This document shows positions 11,628 through 25,097 of a DNA stretch of 64,000 bases, in pieces; the first letter of the stretch is position 1, and each line of letters opens with the position of its first letter. The stretch is taken from contig NIVC01003779.1 in NCBI GenBank assembly GCA_002269645.1, forward strand, positions 1 through 64,000. Direction: 5' to 3'. The translations under genes and the position numbers were made by a program. Source of the stretch: Macrostomum lignano. Its lineage: Eukaryota. The notes beneath the pieces are model-generated. The model ran no database searches and was not told the DNA's origin. It saw only the letters and a program-made list of their open reading frames with translations.

Positions 11628-14600
11628 TCAAGATTGACGCCAGCTCGTCGCAGCTAAGGAAATTGCAGAGGCGACGACAACCGCTGCCGGCAAGGAGCAG
11701 TGGCTCGTTCTGGCTCGGCCAGTCTCGCCGTCCAGCTGGCGAGGTTGCTGCTGCTGCTGCTGGCGCTGCTGCTTGTCTGCGTCAAGCTCAGCTGCATCGT
11801 TCAGCATGGGGTACAGCGGCTGCTGCTGCTGTTGCCGCCGCTCCTGCTGCTGCACATCCAGCTGCCCCGGCGCCAGGTACTTATCAACAAAATAGCTCAC
11901 AGTGAAGTTCAGAGGCTGGTAGTCGCCCGAGCAGCTGATTTCGTATCGCCTCTCCGAGTTCTGCATGGCAACCAGCACGCCAAACTGTTGGCCGGCAGTT
12001 TTGCCGCACTGCCTGGCCATTGCGGCTGACAGGCACCGAATTGTCGCCTCCCATTCTTTGCGCAGGGCCGCCCGACTCTGCTTTAAGTAGTCTGTGCAGC
12101 GAATCTGCCAGTGGTTGAACAGCAGACGGTTCACCTTGTCCGTGTGGTGCTCGCAGCTGCGCAGGCTGGCGGCGCGCATGCAGGGCAGCCCGGATGAGTA
12201 GCCTGCGGTTTGCCAGTGTTTATCAAGCCGTGATTGACAGCTGGGTTGGGTAGACTGGCTATTCGCATTATTACTAAGCTAAAGGCGAGAGGTGGCCCTA
12301 CAGGTCTATACTAGGGTCGAGATCTGTGAAGAAGTCAGTACGTTACCTTAAAAAGATCATGAAATCACAAGTTAGATTCTCAATTATAGGATTGCTAAGT
12401 TCTCCATCAGGACGTCAGCATCGGTTTGAGATCCAATTGGATTTGTGAGATCATCAGTGCGATTATAAAAAATCCCAATAAGTCAATGATATTCCCAATG
12501 AGATTTTTTAAAATCCCAATGAGTCAGTGAGATTCATCTCCAATGAGACTGGAAAAATCCCAATGAGTCAGTGAGATTCCTTTCCAATGAGACTGGAAAA
12601 ATCCCAATGAGTCAGTGAGGTTCCTTTCCAATGAGACTGGAAAAATCCCAATGAGTCAGTGAGGTTCCTTTCCAATGAGACTGGAAAAATCCCAATGAGT
12701 CAGTGAGGTTCCTTTCCAATGAGACTGGAAAAATCCCAATGAGTCAGTGAGGTTCCTTTCCAATGAGACTGGAAAAATCCCAATGAGTCAGTGAGGTTCC
12801 TTTCCAATGAGACTGGAAAAATCCCAATGAGTCGACAAAATCAGATCAAATCAAAATCGACAAAATTTCGTTGTATGAGACTACTATAGTGAACTACGCC
12901 TCATTCGTGAAACAATTTGTTTTGAGCATCGAACTCATGCGCTGATGCGCAATGAGCTAAGCAGCTAAACGTCATTGTTTTACAGCTCCAAAATTTTCTA
13001 TGGTGTAACTCCTGCTTAACAGGCAAATAGTTTTATCTATTTGATCATCCCAAGGGCTCGGCCATTTCCCGCGGCGCAGAGACCGCAATCTGACAGGCCC
13101 CGCGCCGAAATGGGAAGCCAATTTCGGCCATTTTTGAGTGCACAATTTAAAGAGAAAAGACGGACGAGATAGAGACAGAGATGAACTGCAGCGACTCGGC
13201 CATCGGGAGAGGCAAAATGCAATATTAATCAGAGAATTCGGCATGAGACTCAGCTTCCCTATCGGCTTCATCTGCCTGCGCCCCCCCCCCTCCTCCCTAG
13301 GATCTCCCAGCTCGCAAGTTTGCCAATCCCGCTTAATCCTAAATGGGCCGCCGCCCCAACCTTCTCCAGCTCCAAATGCACGCGTCCGCTCCCTGGACTG
13401 GTTTTCTATTTATTCTTCGCGGAGTCCTTGAGCGCCGCCACCGACTCTGGGGACTTGTCGGGTGCGCTCGGTCTCAGGGCCTCACCGCTCACTCAGGCTG
13501 TCTGTCTGTCTGTCTGCTTGTCTGAGCTGTTTTTTCATAAGCATTTAGTTCTTCCGTCCTCAACGTGTCGCCTGCACTGGATAACTTTCTCTTCTATTAC
13601 GAAATGCGCATCTGTATGTGCATTTATAATTTTCTAGCTAGTAGTTAAGGACGAGAACCACTAGTACGAGCCAGTTAGAAGACGGAACAATATAAGAGTC
13701 CAGTTTTTGCTTTGATATTGTTTTTCCAAATATGTGGCCATATTGGTCAGTTAGCAGAAAGAGACAACAGCAACTCGTATTTTGTTCTTCTTTATGTGGA
13801 TGTGGGCGCAACGAATAGCGGTGGGACAATTCTAACCCCCGTTCCGCTCGCTCCTGAGTACATAAAAGCGCGCGGATACCATACGCAGGCACGCAGTCAC
13901 GACTCGTGCTAATCGTCAGGCATGTACATTCTCTGTGCATTGCAGGTTGGCCCTCGTGGGTGTGAATCGCACGACAACTACGGCAATGTTTCGCGCAGAA
14001 GCCGAGAATTAATGTTACTACGAGCTGCGAACGGAATCGAACCAGGGGTCGTGAAACGAGAATCAGAAGTGTTTAGCTCTGAGCTGCTCTGCCCCCAATG
14101 CATGTACAGCTCGTATCGGAAGTCTAGAAGGTGGAAACTCGTCGATTAAGTGATAACAAAAATTCTCATGTGGCTAATGTGAGACCACTTTTAAGAAAAA
14201 CTGGTCTCTCAAATGAACTTTCATATAGGAGCGTACCAGCGATACTTAGATACTTGAAATTACGCATTAAGTGTTGAGTGGAAACCAAACAAGTTGACTG
14301 ACTCACTGTCGATATTGTCACAGATGAACTCCAGCTGATTGGTGAGAAGTCTCCAGTCAAACGTGGCCCGAATCAAATTGTAGCCGTGCTGGCATCGGCT
14401 CTTCACTTCGGTTGACCGGCTCTCGTATCTCTGCAGTGCACTGTTGGAGAGGTTCGTCAGAGTCAATGGTGCGAATGAAAAAATGAAAATAGGATCGCGA
14501 ATCTTCCAAAGGATTTTTTGCGGAGACTGCATGCCTCCATTCTCCAAGATGTTTGAGGATGCGATTGCGGATGCGGATGTGGATGTGGATGTGGATGTGG

Positions 14601-16656
14601 ATGTGGATGCGGATGTGGATGTGGATGTGGATGTGGATGTGGGTGTGGATGTGGATGCGGATGTGGATGCGGATGCAGATGCGGATGTGAATGTGGATGT
14701 GAATGTGGATGTGAATGTGGATGTGGATGCGGATGTGGATGCGGATGCAGATGCGGATGTGGATGCGGATGCAGATGCGGATGTGAATGTGGATGTGGAT
14801 GCGGATGTGGATGCGGATGTGGATGCGGATGTGGATGCGGATGCGGATGCGGATGCGGATGCGGGTGTGAATGTGAATGCGGATGCAGGTGCGGATGTAG
14901 ATGTATCAGATAGCTCGAAGATGCAGCTTTTATTTCCATAATTGAAATTTTTATGACTATAGGGACAAAGAGTAAGAACGCTGAGGTGCTAAGAACCGTC
15001 TGTCTGCTGCATTGAACAGCTTAATTTTTTTCTAGCCCTGAGCTCTGGATCCCTGCGAAATGCGCGTCTAACACTGCGGGAGTAGCTGCGACAGAAACTG
15101 GAATCCAGTGAGTGAATGAGGCTGATTAATAATTTACAAATACGAAGTAGGAGACTGGATGCCGGAATGAGGAAGCAAAATGGGGCGTCGATGTGAGAAG
15201 CTCCAACTCCCCGAGTGTCCCGCCATCGCGGACGCGTCAACGCAGAGCACAGAGGAAAATAATCCTTACGGACAAATTTTGTTCCGCAGAATTTGGCTGG
15301 AGCCGCTCATCAGAACCGGGTAGGGGTAGGGACCCCGCACGAACGGATCTCCGACGGCGTTAAGAAAGTCGTCACGAATTTTCTGCAGCATCTCTTGAAA
15401 GCGCGGCACGCACGTCGGATTGTCGTAGGCGAAGGCTGGAAAATCACGGCCAGGCGGAGGGAGGAGAGGATTTCGCTAAACAGATTGTAAAGTGCTTTTG
15501 ACAGGTACAGTTATAGGGCACACTGGGGCAGAGACGGGTGCACTGGGGCACTGATAGCCAAAGCAGGCTAGGACTAACATCCGTGACCCGAACATATTTA
15601 GATCTAGACAAATCGCGATCTTGTGTCTGCGTTTCTTGGTTTTTTTATAAAGCTCTTTTAAAGTTTTTTATTCCCTAGAAACTACTGCACGCCTTTGGTC
15701 TTCGTAGTTTACTCACCGAACGCAGGCCTGGCAAAGTCGTATCGATCCCGGCAGGCCGCCGAGCCAAGCAGGTACGGAGCCACGTCTTGAAATCGCAACT
15801 CGGCGACGCGCCCGACGCAGCCGGTGGCAACCAGAGCATTTAGACAGCCGAGGTACTCGTTGCTGAGCCCGCACTCGTCAGAGACCATGAGCCGGTTGCG
15901 CACTGAGAACATCAGGTTGCAGCGCCGGGCCAGGTAGCTGTCCAGCTGCTTGCTGATGCAGTGGGCGTAGCTGCTGTAGTCTGGAGAAGTAGAAAGTGCG
16001 AACTGAGGAGAGCTGCTTGTCGGGGGAGCTGCTGAGGCCAAGGCTGACACGACAACCCTCTATAGGTGAACAACAGGGCTAAAGCATTGCTCATTGAAGG
16101 AAGAGAAATCATAAAGCGTATTTGTCGATCAAAGCGATTTGAGATGTTTGAGCAACGTGGAACCGCATTCAGCTCAGAACGCTGAGAATACAAGTACAAC
16201 AGAAAATTATTCCAGTACGCACTTGTCTCGCATACGCCATTGAAAAAGCCGTCAAAGCGGTAAAAGTACTCCTCCTGCTTGGCCCGCCACCAGCTGCAGC
16301 GAGACCAGCTGGACTGGAACCTGCGCACCGCCGCGTCCTGACAGTCTTTGTAGACTCGCAGGTTGCTGCAAGTGGATTTTAGTGCGTGACAGTCCTATAA
16401 ATATTCAAACCAATCTTACTAACAACCCTCCTGTACCCCTAGAACACCTGTACCACTCACGAGCAGATGGTAACCAACTGTGCAGGCATCTGCAGGCTGA
16501 GCTGCAGCACGGACACCAGGCCGGAGGTCTTGGACTCGAATGAGTAGTTAAACACGTGACTCCGTGTGCTCGGGCCCAGGCGGTTGATGCACGTGTCCAA
16601 CTCGAAGTTGAACTCGGTCTCGCTGCAACTTGCGAGCTCGATGGCCTCTGTGCGGA
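11628..16656 (-). CDS. Extracellular Cys/helical four-domain protein with poly-Q linker and GPI-signal-like C-terminus (exons 16656-16461, 16365-16223, 15980-15717, 15435-15270, 14440-14307, 12202-11628; first exon not identified)
   Basis: All six exons have GT-AG boundaries with matching phases (2,1,1,2,1). Internal duplication: [23 protein letters not shown]|YSSYAHC versus [24 protein letters not shown]|YSSGLPC. The protein ends in [25 protein letters not shown]. Confidence 0.75.
12515..12833. repeat. 44-bp minisatellite (ATCCCAATGAGTCAGTGAGGTTCCTTTCCAATGAGACTGGAAAA), about 7 copies, intronic
   Basis: Direct periodicity of 44. Confidence 0.9.
13835..14100 (-). mobile_element. Diverged relative of SINE family A
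   Basis: B box GGTTCGATTCC (minus, about 14031-14041) plus collinear blocks shared with 4447-4745 (cccgttccg..cctgag, catacgc.ggcac, aggcatgtaca, gccgaga, aattaatgt). Confidence 0.5.
14566..14903. repeat. Hexamer microsatellite (GATGTG/GATGCG)n, intronic
   Basis: Direct periodicity of 6. Confidence 0.95.
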
Positions 16657-17975
16657 CTGTAGACGGATTTTGATAGGAAATATACTAGGTTGCGCCAAAA
16701 ATGAGACCGACATTTTTTTTCCATTAGACAAAAAACTTTAGTCGTGAGAATCCTTCAAATAGGGAAGAGCAGCGAGTAATGCTTTAAGCCTTGTTCCCGT
16801 TGGGAAGCTGAAAACCGAAGGAGACAGCGCGAGTTCTTCCCCACACTCGAGACAGCATGCAAAGCAGCATTTTCTTTCTCAACTTCATATCTGTCTTTGA
16901 GTGTTTTTTCTCTAGCGCTTAATTAATAAAACATGAGCGCAGCAAGTGGGCACAAAAAATCGAATCCCGGACGCCTGCTGCCTGGGGATCTTCGGATTGC
17001 CTGAACTGTCTGGGAGAATTGCTGAATTATTGACGCCAGCACCTGTCGCCAGACGCATGCGAGCAAGCAAAGTCAGCTCGAATGCGATGCAGACAGCAGC
17101 GTCATGAAACCAGTGCCAATTTAAGCAGCCATCGATTAATAATTTAACAGCGATTTTCTCCGTGGAGGCCAGAGAGAGAGGCTGGCATTTTCACGATTTC
17201 GACTGCCTGGCTCGCTGGCAGCGAATTCCCGAGAGTCTGATGAAAAAGCTGCGATTTTTGTGCCAATCTTTTGCACCGCCTGCTCCCAGCCAAGTTAGCA
17301 TTGTTATACACGGATTAGACTGCCAGACATGCCTTATACAGCATGGAGCTTGGGCACGCGTCTGCCTATTGAAATTCAGCGAGACGCAATGCCACCCTTG
17401 ATTCGTTTACCCGTTTCGCAGCTCTCAGCACAATAAATTGCGTGACCGAGGGCGATGGCGTGACTGCAACGCCATCCTGTGTCTGACAATGTGCCAAAAT
17501 TTATGATAAGCTTTAAAAATAAGCAGCTTCCGGTTGCGCAGCCAAGGTTGGGATTGCTCAAGATATGCAGAGACCAAACAGAGGGACTGGCTAGACAGCG
17601 TTCTAAGGGGGGATAAACATCCCCTTTAAAAGATAGACGTCGGGAACGGAGGTAGAAAAGAGGGGACAGGAAGGTATATAGAATGATAGAGTTTTTTGAA
17701 ATAAGGAGCACTAAGGACAATCTAACCTAGGGACTGGAGGCGACCACACTCGATTAAGTAAATGCTTCTTCCATAGTATAAAGTATTTAAATAAGATACT
17801 TCATCGTATAAATAGAAGATGTAATAGTCTGAATCCCTGCTAAGTGGCCAGCTTATATCTGTGCTCACATCATCATTAACTGTGCTCACTAGAGATCAGC
17901 TTGACTTTCTCTATTGTTAAACGTGGCTGCAATGCGGGATGCATACTAACTGTAACCAGTTATGCTTAACTTCAT

Positions 17976-18240
17976 TGTACGGATCGTGGTTGATTGCGTC
18001 CGACTCATGACCTGAAAGGTCGGGGGTTCGATTCCCGATCCCACTGGAACGATTTGTGTCCTTGAGCAAGACGCTTAACTCTGCATTGCTTCAGTTCACC
18101 CAGCTGTAAAATGGGTGCCAGCATTAGCTGGGGAAATTGAGGGTGTGTGTGGCGACCCCCCAGTCCTTGGACTGAACAGCCGTACGCAACCTTCAGATGC
18201 GCCGCGCAATAGCTGCGGCTGAACTGTCGGTTGCAACTAA
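17976..18240 (+). mobile_element. tRNA-derived SINE family B with MIR/CORE-like central domain
   Basis: B box GGTTCGATTCC, then TGTGTCCTTGAGCAAGACGCTTAACTC..CTTCAGTTCACCCAGCTGTAAAATGGG; about 250 bp highly similar to 53812-54065. Confidence 0.8.
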
Positions 18241-19086
18241 TAATTTACGAGCTTCAGGTCGGCAGACGCATTGTATTGAAGGTGTTAATGATGAAGTTAA
18301 ATGCCTCGGAGTAATTGGATGCCCTGGACCAGACATTAACGCGAACGTGCGGGCGGCCTTTCTCTGCCTTTGATTGACTGGGCGCACTATCCCATCTCTG
18401 CATTGCTTTGCTACCGTCCGTTCACCGCAGGCCAGTTATTAATTTTGCTAAAAAATAAGAGAATTCCCATTTGAAGCTGTCAATCAGGTCTGCTCCACAC
18501 CAGTTGACAGGATTAGAGAAGGCCATCCGTCGCAAAGGCGGCGATGCTATTGACAGGTCACGACAAGATTTAGATCGAAGCAAGATTGCTGCGTAGGAGA
18601 GGGCGAAGATTTCTCAATGGGGAGCTCAGGAAGGACGGGAGCAGGGGAGGGAATTGAGCTTCCATATCTTCCATACGAGAGGAAAATAGCGGGTAGGCCA
18701 CTCAGCGAAACGGCTGACTGGGCGGCAACAAAACGGTCATTTCCTACCGTGAGAAATGGCGAAATAATACGAGGACGGGGCAATATTAATGCTGGCCTCG
18801 GAATGCTCAGTGCTCAGCAGTTAATATAATATCTGCTCCAGAGATCTGGCAGCCGGAACTTGCGAACCAGAATAAGTGCCAACTTTAATTTATTTTCTTT
18901 CCACGATTTGGCGCAAGTCTCCGGTGAGCCATTCTCGATTTTCACGAGACGAAACGGCAAGTCTGGGCCCGATCGTGACAGGCAAAACCGCCTGACGCCA
19001 AGCCGCGAGTTGCACTGCGAATTTTGACAGTCTTATACGGAAATGAATCGAAATGCTGTGGAAACTTCGTGTGAAGATTCCTGGGG

Positions 19087-19355
19087 GAGTCAGTTGGGTC
19101 ACAGAATAGTCAGTGGGGTCACAGAGGAGTCAGTGGGGTCACAGAGGAGTCAGTGGGGTCACAGAGGAGTCAGTGGGGTCACAGAGGAGTCAGTGGGGTC
19201 ACAGAGGAGTCAGTGGGGTCACAGAGGAGTCAGTGGGGTCACAGAGGAGTCAGTGGGGTCACAGAGGAGTCAGTGGGGTCACAGAGGAGTCAGTGGGGTC
19301 ACAGAGGAGTCAGTGGGGTCACAGAGGAGTCAGTGGGGTCACAGAGGAGTCAGTG
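19087..19355. repeat. 20-bp minisatellite (CAGTGGGGTCACAGAGGAGT), about 13 copies
   Basis: Direct periodicity of 20. Confidence 0.95.
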
Positions 19356-19372
19356 GAACTTAAATGGTACTG

Positions 19373-19868
19373 AAGTGACACTACAGTGGCACTACAGTGA
19401 CACCACAGTGACATTACAGTGACATTACAGTGACACCACAGTGACATTACAGTAACACTACAGTGACACCACAGTGACATTACAGTGACATTACAGTGAC
19501 ACCACAGTGACATTACAGTGACATTACAGTGACACCACAGTGACATTACAGTAACACTACAGTGACACCACAGTGACGCTACCGAGCCACCACAGTGACA
19601 CCACAGTGACACCACAGTGACACCACAGTGACGCTACCGAGCCACCACAGTGACACCACAGTGACACCACAGTGACACCACAGTGACACCACAGTGACAC
19701 TACAGTGACACCACAGTGAAAGTCAGTGACACCACAGTGACACCACAGTGACACCACAGTGACACCACAGTGACACCACAGTGACACCACAGTGACACCA
19801 CAGTGACACCACAGTGACACTACAGTGACACCACAGTGAAAGTCAGTGACACCACAGTGACACCACAG
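19373..19868. repeat. 11-bp minisatellite (GACACCACAGT / GACATTACAGT) with higher-order interruptions
   Basis: Direct periodicity of about 11; directly abuts the 20-bp array; contains many CACAGTG. Confidence 0.9.
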
Positions 19869-21070
19869 CGACGCTGCAACGCAGCTCAGACGCATTGGTG
19901 GATGGATGGACGGACAGAAGCAAGGGGGAGGGAAACTGCCACTCAGTCTGAAGCCCGTCCGACACTTGCCAGTCAAGGCCCGTGGGCCGCAGGTGGGGTC
20001 TGAGAGCGGCTGCGTCAAAGCTTGAATTGTTTATAGCTGGCCGAAATTGCGATAATGGCGCGCGGAGAAGCACCAGACGCGCCCGCAGGCCAGTGTTGAC
20101 GCAGGCGGTCAGAGGCGACGCTGGCTGACTTCCGTGACGCTTCGGCCCCAGCCTCTTTTCCGTCAGTCTGCAGCGCAAGCCGCCACTTTCTTGACGGTCA
20201 AGGGGCGACGCGGCGACGAGATATTTCTTCATCGAAAGTTTCCTACAAATGCGCGTAAGGGTAGGGGGGAACCCGGCCACCAGCCACCCGCTGTGACCTT
20301 TTAGCCGGCCTGCACTCTGCTGGCAGGCCCCTAGGACCAAGGGGGGGGGTCAGTTCTCTCCAGCCCCTCGGGGCCTGTCGGGAATCAGCAGAAAGGGGAG
20401 CAGATCCCCCTTCAGTCTAAAGCGGTCCATCAGTCTAAAAGTTTCCAAAAAAACTGAGGCTGCTTGGATGAATGGCGGAAACGGGAGCGGCGCGTTTTGA
20501 GGGAGGCAGGGGGAGAAAGGAAGAAATCAGCGGTAAAATTTTAGCATTCCTTCGGGTCTGAACCACCGGGCAGCGGTCCCCGGAGGCGCGCTCCCTCACA
20601 TAGTTGCCGCATCTTTAGCACCTTCGGCTGCACTGGGTGGAGACCCCCACCCTCTCCCCACAGCCAAGTGCGGAGGCCGCAGAGCGATTGCAGCCGCCGC
20701 GCGGCCGCAGTGCTGCTTTGTCGGGTCCTGCAAGTCCTTCAAGTGTCTCGTGTCTTCCATCAGTCCCCGGCCTGCCAATTTGGCCTCCTGCAGCCCCGAG
20801 GCGGCGTCCTTGTCGGCTAATAGTTATTTTTGTGGGAGGGGCAGGAAACAGGGGCAAATAATCTGTGTAGAAGAAAACTTGTAAAAATGCGGCAAGGACA
20901 CAAACTGCTGTTGCTTTGGCGGGCCAACACCAGAAACAGCTGTTTGTTTTACGCCTTTTCTGTTCCTCCCTGCGAGTCTAACACTTTTCGAGTGGGAATT
21001 CATTGCTTGCTGGACAATTGGAGACTATTGCAGCAGGTGCGCTTTACTATTAGTCTGATAAGGTGCCACT

Positions 21071-21159
<89 letters not shown>

Positions 21160-21171
21160 CAGACAGACAGA
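21071..21171. repeat. (GACA)n microsatellite
   Basis: Direct periodicity of 4. Confidence 0.95.
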
Positions 21172-22354
21172 CTTAGTTGCCGAGCCGCACGGCCCACCTG
21201 CTTCAGCCTGGCCACCCGACAGAATTGAATCGGACCAGCTGCGGCCCCAGCCTCGCAGTCGTGCACCAGCCGCCCCATTGCACGGCTGGCTGGGGGCCCA
21301 GAAACCGAATTAACAGCCGCGGAGGCGAGCTCGACTTCGCCCCCGCTAATTAAGCTGCAGTTTACGTTGGGCAGATTATCCCATTTCCCGGGAGCCTCAA
21401 TCCCAGCTCAGTCCTTGGCTCCTCCCCTCTTCCCGCGGACATGCAGACTCTCCCCCCCCCTACTCGCAATTTCCTTGAGCAGTCCCGTCAGCTTCCTCTT
21501 AGCTCCATCTCGCAACTGCCTGCTTTTGCTACAGGAGGCCCCAAGCACAGAGGAGTCCAGGAACACGAAGTCATCCCCGCCCGAGCCTCCTTGACCCCCC
21601 GCCCTGCGCACTGTAGCTTCTTATAATGAGAATTAACTTTTGAGAGCTCGCCCTCGCTACTACTCCCATGAATCCTTGAGTGGCTTGGAGTCACGATAAT
21701 TAAAATAATGACGCTTTGACGACGCTTGTAGCACGTCTCGCAACTGGTCCAGAATCTCTGGATGCAGGACAGAATTCCATGGACTGCTCAGCGCATATGA
21801 TGCGAGATTAATTCACAAGCTTGTCACACTGAATGCTGACAAATGCTGCATCGCATTAAGTACCAGAAACATCTTCTTTTTTCTACCATGCTGCAGAAGA
21901 TATCCAGTGCTTCTTCTGTTGTCTGCAAGTCCATGTTGGGGAGAGACCGTAGCGGCTGCAAGGCTGCAACAGATCAACACCCGCATGCTTTGGTAGTCGG
22001 GCGGGACCCAACTGCAGGGAGGCTGGGAAGCAGCTTCATCATGCTACGCAGTCCTGTATACTAGGAACTCATCAGGCAATCGATGTGCTCTTTCGCTTCA
22101 CTACCTTCGGCTAACAGTAAACTCAGCATCCCCTGTCCGATTCGATAATTTGATGTCGAGTGCCTCTCTTTGTCTCTCGACACTCAACAGCCTTCGTATT
22201 TGAGCTAACCGCGGCCCTCTCGCCATCAAGTGAAGAGGCAAAATGCGGAGTTCGAAAGAACTGTGCTCGGACTGGGGTGGAGGGAGAGAACGGACAAAAT
22301 CCGGGTTACTGGTAAGGCAGTGGATTATTGAATCAAGTACGCTCCTAGATGTTG

Positions 22355-23350
22355 CCGGGTCTCTAGATGATGTCAGGGGCTCTAGATTATGTCAGGGTCT
22401 CTAGATGTCAGGGGCTCTAGATTATGTCAGAGTCTCTAGATGTCAGGGGCTCTAGACATTGTCAGGGTCTCCAGATGTTGTCAGTGTCCCTAGAGAATGC
22501 CAGGGTCTCTAGATATTTCTCTAGATGTTGTCAGGATCCCCAGATATCTCTAGGGTCTTTAGATGTTGCCAGGGTCTCTAGATATTTCTAGTGTTATTAG
22601 ATATTGCCCAGGGTCTCTAGACGCTTTTAGGGTCTCTAGATGTTGCCAAGGGTTTCTAGACGTTTTTAAGGTCTCTAGAAGTTGCCAAGGGTCTCTAGAT
22701 GTTGCCAAGGATCTCTAAATATTGCCAGGGTCTCTAGATATTTCTAGGGTCGAAATGTTGCCAAGGTCTCTAGATGTTGTCAAGGGTCTCTAGATGCTGC
22801 CAAGGTCACTAAATATTACCAGGGTCTAGATGTTGCCAAGGGTCTTTAGATGTTGCTTAGGGTCTCTAGATGTTGCCAAGGGTCTCTAGATGTTGTCAAG
22901 GGTCTCTAGATGTTGCCAAGACTCTCTAGATATTTCAAGGGTCTAGATGTTGCCAAGGGTCTCTAGATGTTGCCAGGGTCTCTAGATATTTCTAGGGTCT
23001 AGATGTTGCAAGGGTCTCTAGATGTTGCCAGGGTCTATAGATATTTCTAGGGTCTAGATGTTGCAAGGGTCTCTAGATGTTGCCAGGGTCTATAGATATT
23101 TCTAGGGTCTAGATGTTGCCAAGGGTCTCTAGACGTTGCCAAGGCTCTCTAGATATTTCTAGGGTATAGATGTTGCAAGGGTCTCTAGATGTTGCTTAGG
23201 GTCTCTAGATGTTGCCAAGGGTCTCTAGATGTTGTCAAGGGTCTCTAGATGTTGCCAAGGGTCTCTAGATGTTGTCAAGGGTCTCTAGATGTTGTCAAGG
23301 GTCTCTAGATGTTGTCAAGGGTCTCTAGATGTTGCCAAGGCTCCCTAGAA
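22355..23350. repeat. Degenerate approximately 20-bp satellite (GGGTCTCTAGATGTTGCCAA), about 1 kb
   Basis: Recurrent TCTAGA core; homogeneity increases toward the right end. Confidence 0.9.
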
Positions 23351-24151
23351 GAGATGCATTGTTTCTAGGATGGAAATTGGCCAGGCTCTTCTTAACGATT
23401 TAGGCATCTCTATTTAGGTGTTTCAAAATCCTTGGACGGGGTTTAACATAGTCTATAGGTTAGCATCGATGGCTTTAGATAGGTAGCTCGTACAAAACTT
23501 ATAGACCGGAAATTTAAAGACATAACTTGAGCGCTCAAAAAATCCTATTATTAGTATCAGCTAACATATAAGCCACTCACCAAACAGGAGCACCGCCAAG
23601 GCCTGCAGAAGCAGTGCAGAACAGTGCAGCATTGTTGGTCAAGAGCAGAGCTAAGAATGATCACAGATCGACACGGGCTGCCAGCAGATGCCGTTGGCAA
23701 TGCCGAGCTGCCGCAGACTCCTCGTTGCCAAATATATCCGCGTCAATAGGGCTGGCTAATGATGGCGCTGCTGAGATTGAATCATTCCAATATCAGCCAA
23801 ATTGGGGAGAGTCTGCAAGTGGGTCGCAGAGCCTGGCTCAGTGTTGACCCTGCGGATTGAAACTCTGTTTGCGATTTCGTGGCAGACGACAGCATGAGGT
23901 CAGTATAGGGTTCAGAGAGGCGGGTGCTGAAGCAGTATTAATCTGGGGCCCTCAGCCAATCAGAGCTGGCGAGTTCGTGGCCCTGGTAGCCATTGGCCCG
24001 GAAAGCATTGCAAAAAGCAGGGCATTGCAAACACGCTTAAAGTCGGTTCAACTGGAGAAATTGAGAACTTTTAAAATTAAAAAGAAAATTTCTTCTATAG
24101 TTATAGAAAAGTCTTGCGTCCAATTCAAAACTTGACAATTTTGACGATGTG

Positions 24152-24478
24152 AAGTTTCCAGTTTATGAAATTTCCAGATTGTGAAGTTTCCAGATTGTGA
24201 AGTTTCCAGTTTGGGAAGTTTCCAGTTTGGGAAGTTTCCAGATTGTGAAGTTTCCAGTCTGTGAAGTTTCCAGATTGTGAAGTTTCCAGATTGTGAAGTT
24301 TCCAGTCTGTGAAGTTTTCAGTTTGGGAAGTTTACAGTTTGGGAATTTTCCAGATTGTGAAGTTTCCAGTCTGTGAAGTTTCCAGATTGTAAAGTTTCCA
24401 GTCTGTGAAGTTTCCAGTTTGGGAAGTTTCGAGCTTGGGAAGTTTCCAGATTGTGAAGTTCCCAGATGGGGAAGTTTG
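24152..24478. repeat. Approximately 15-bp minisatellite (GTGAAGTTTCCAGATT-like)
   Basis: Recurrent GAAGTTTCCAG. Confidence 0.9.
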
Positions 24479-24574
24479 TGATCGTTAGTTTTTCCTCGTA
24501 GTTACATGTAGAAGCAGGGGGTTGTGTGCACCCTGGCGCACTTTAAGCGACATTGTCACACAACCGGCGAGAGG

Positions 24575-24870
24575 CATTGCTGCCCATTCCGCCGACTCCC
24601 CTGAGCAGGCACACAAGCGCAAGGATGCGTACGCAGTCATACGCGCAGGCACACACTCACACAGGTGTAAAGCGGCCCTAACTTAATTTATCGTTAGACA
24701 TGTACACTTCACTGTGCCTTGGGGGTTGGCCATCAAGGACGTTATTTACACAAGCAGGGCCAAGCCGAGATTCCAATTTATCCCCAAATTATTAATGTGA
24801 CTGCACTTGGAATCGAGCCTGGGCCGCTGGTACATCAGAGCGCCGCGCCAGACCGCTGGTCTAGGCCGCC
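24575..24870 (-). mobile_element. tRNA-derived SINE family A, copy 2
   Basis: Collinear, high similarity to 4447-4745; B box GGCTCGATTCC. Confidence 0.8.
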
Positions 24871-25097
24871 ACAAAGTTTGTGATGTAGAAGGCCGATGGA
24901 CTCGCACATCGTGCGAAAACATAAAAACACCAAAAGCTCCTGAGACATCCGTAGCAAAGTCGGGGCCCATAAGGCAGTGCCATTTTTAATAAGCTAAATT
25001 GGTTCTAACATTTATTTCAACACTGACTATGGAGAGTGAATTGAATTGCTTTAATATATAGGCAGGAAAGTCTGAGGACTGCACAGTGCGAAAGCCG

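Noticed and set aside
20596-20778. Candidate first exon of the four-domain GPI protein
   Set aside because: It has a GTGAG donor but no signal peptide, and its phase does not match the phase-1 acceptor at 16656.
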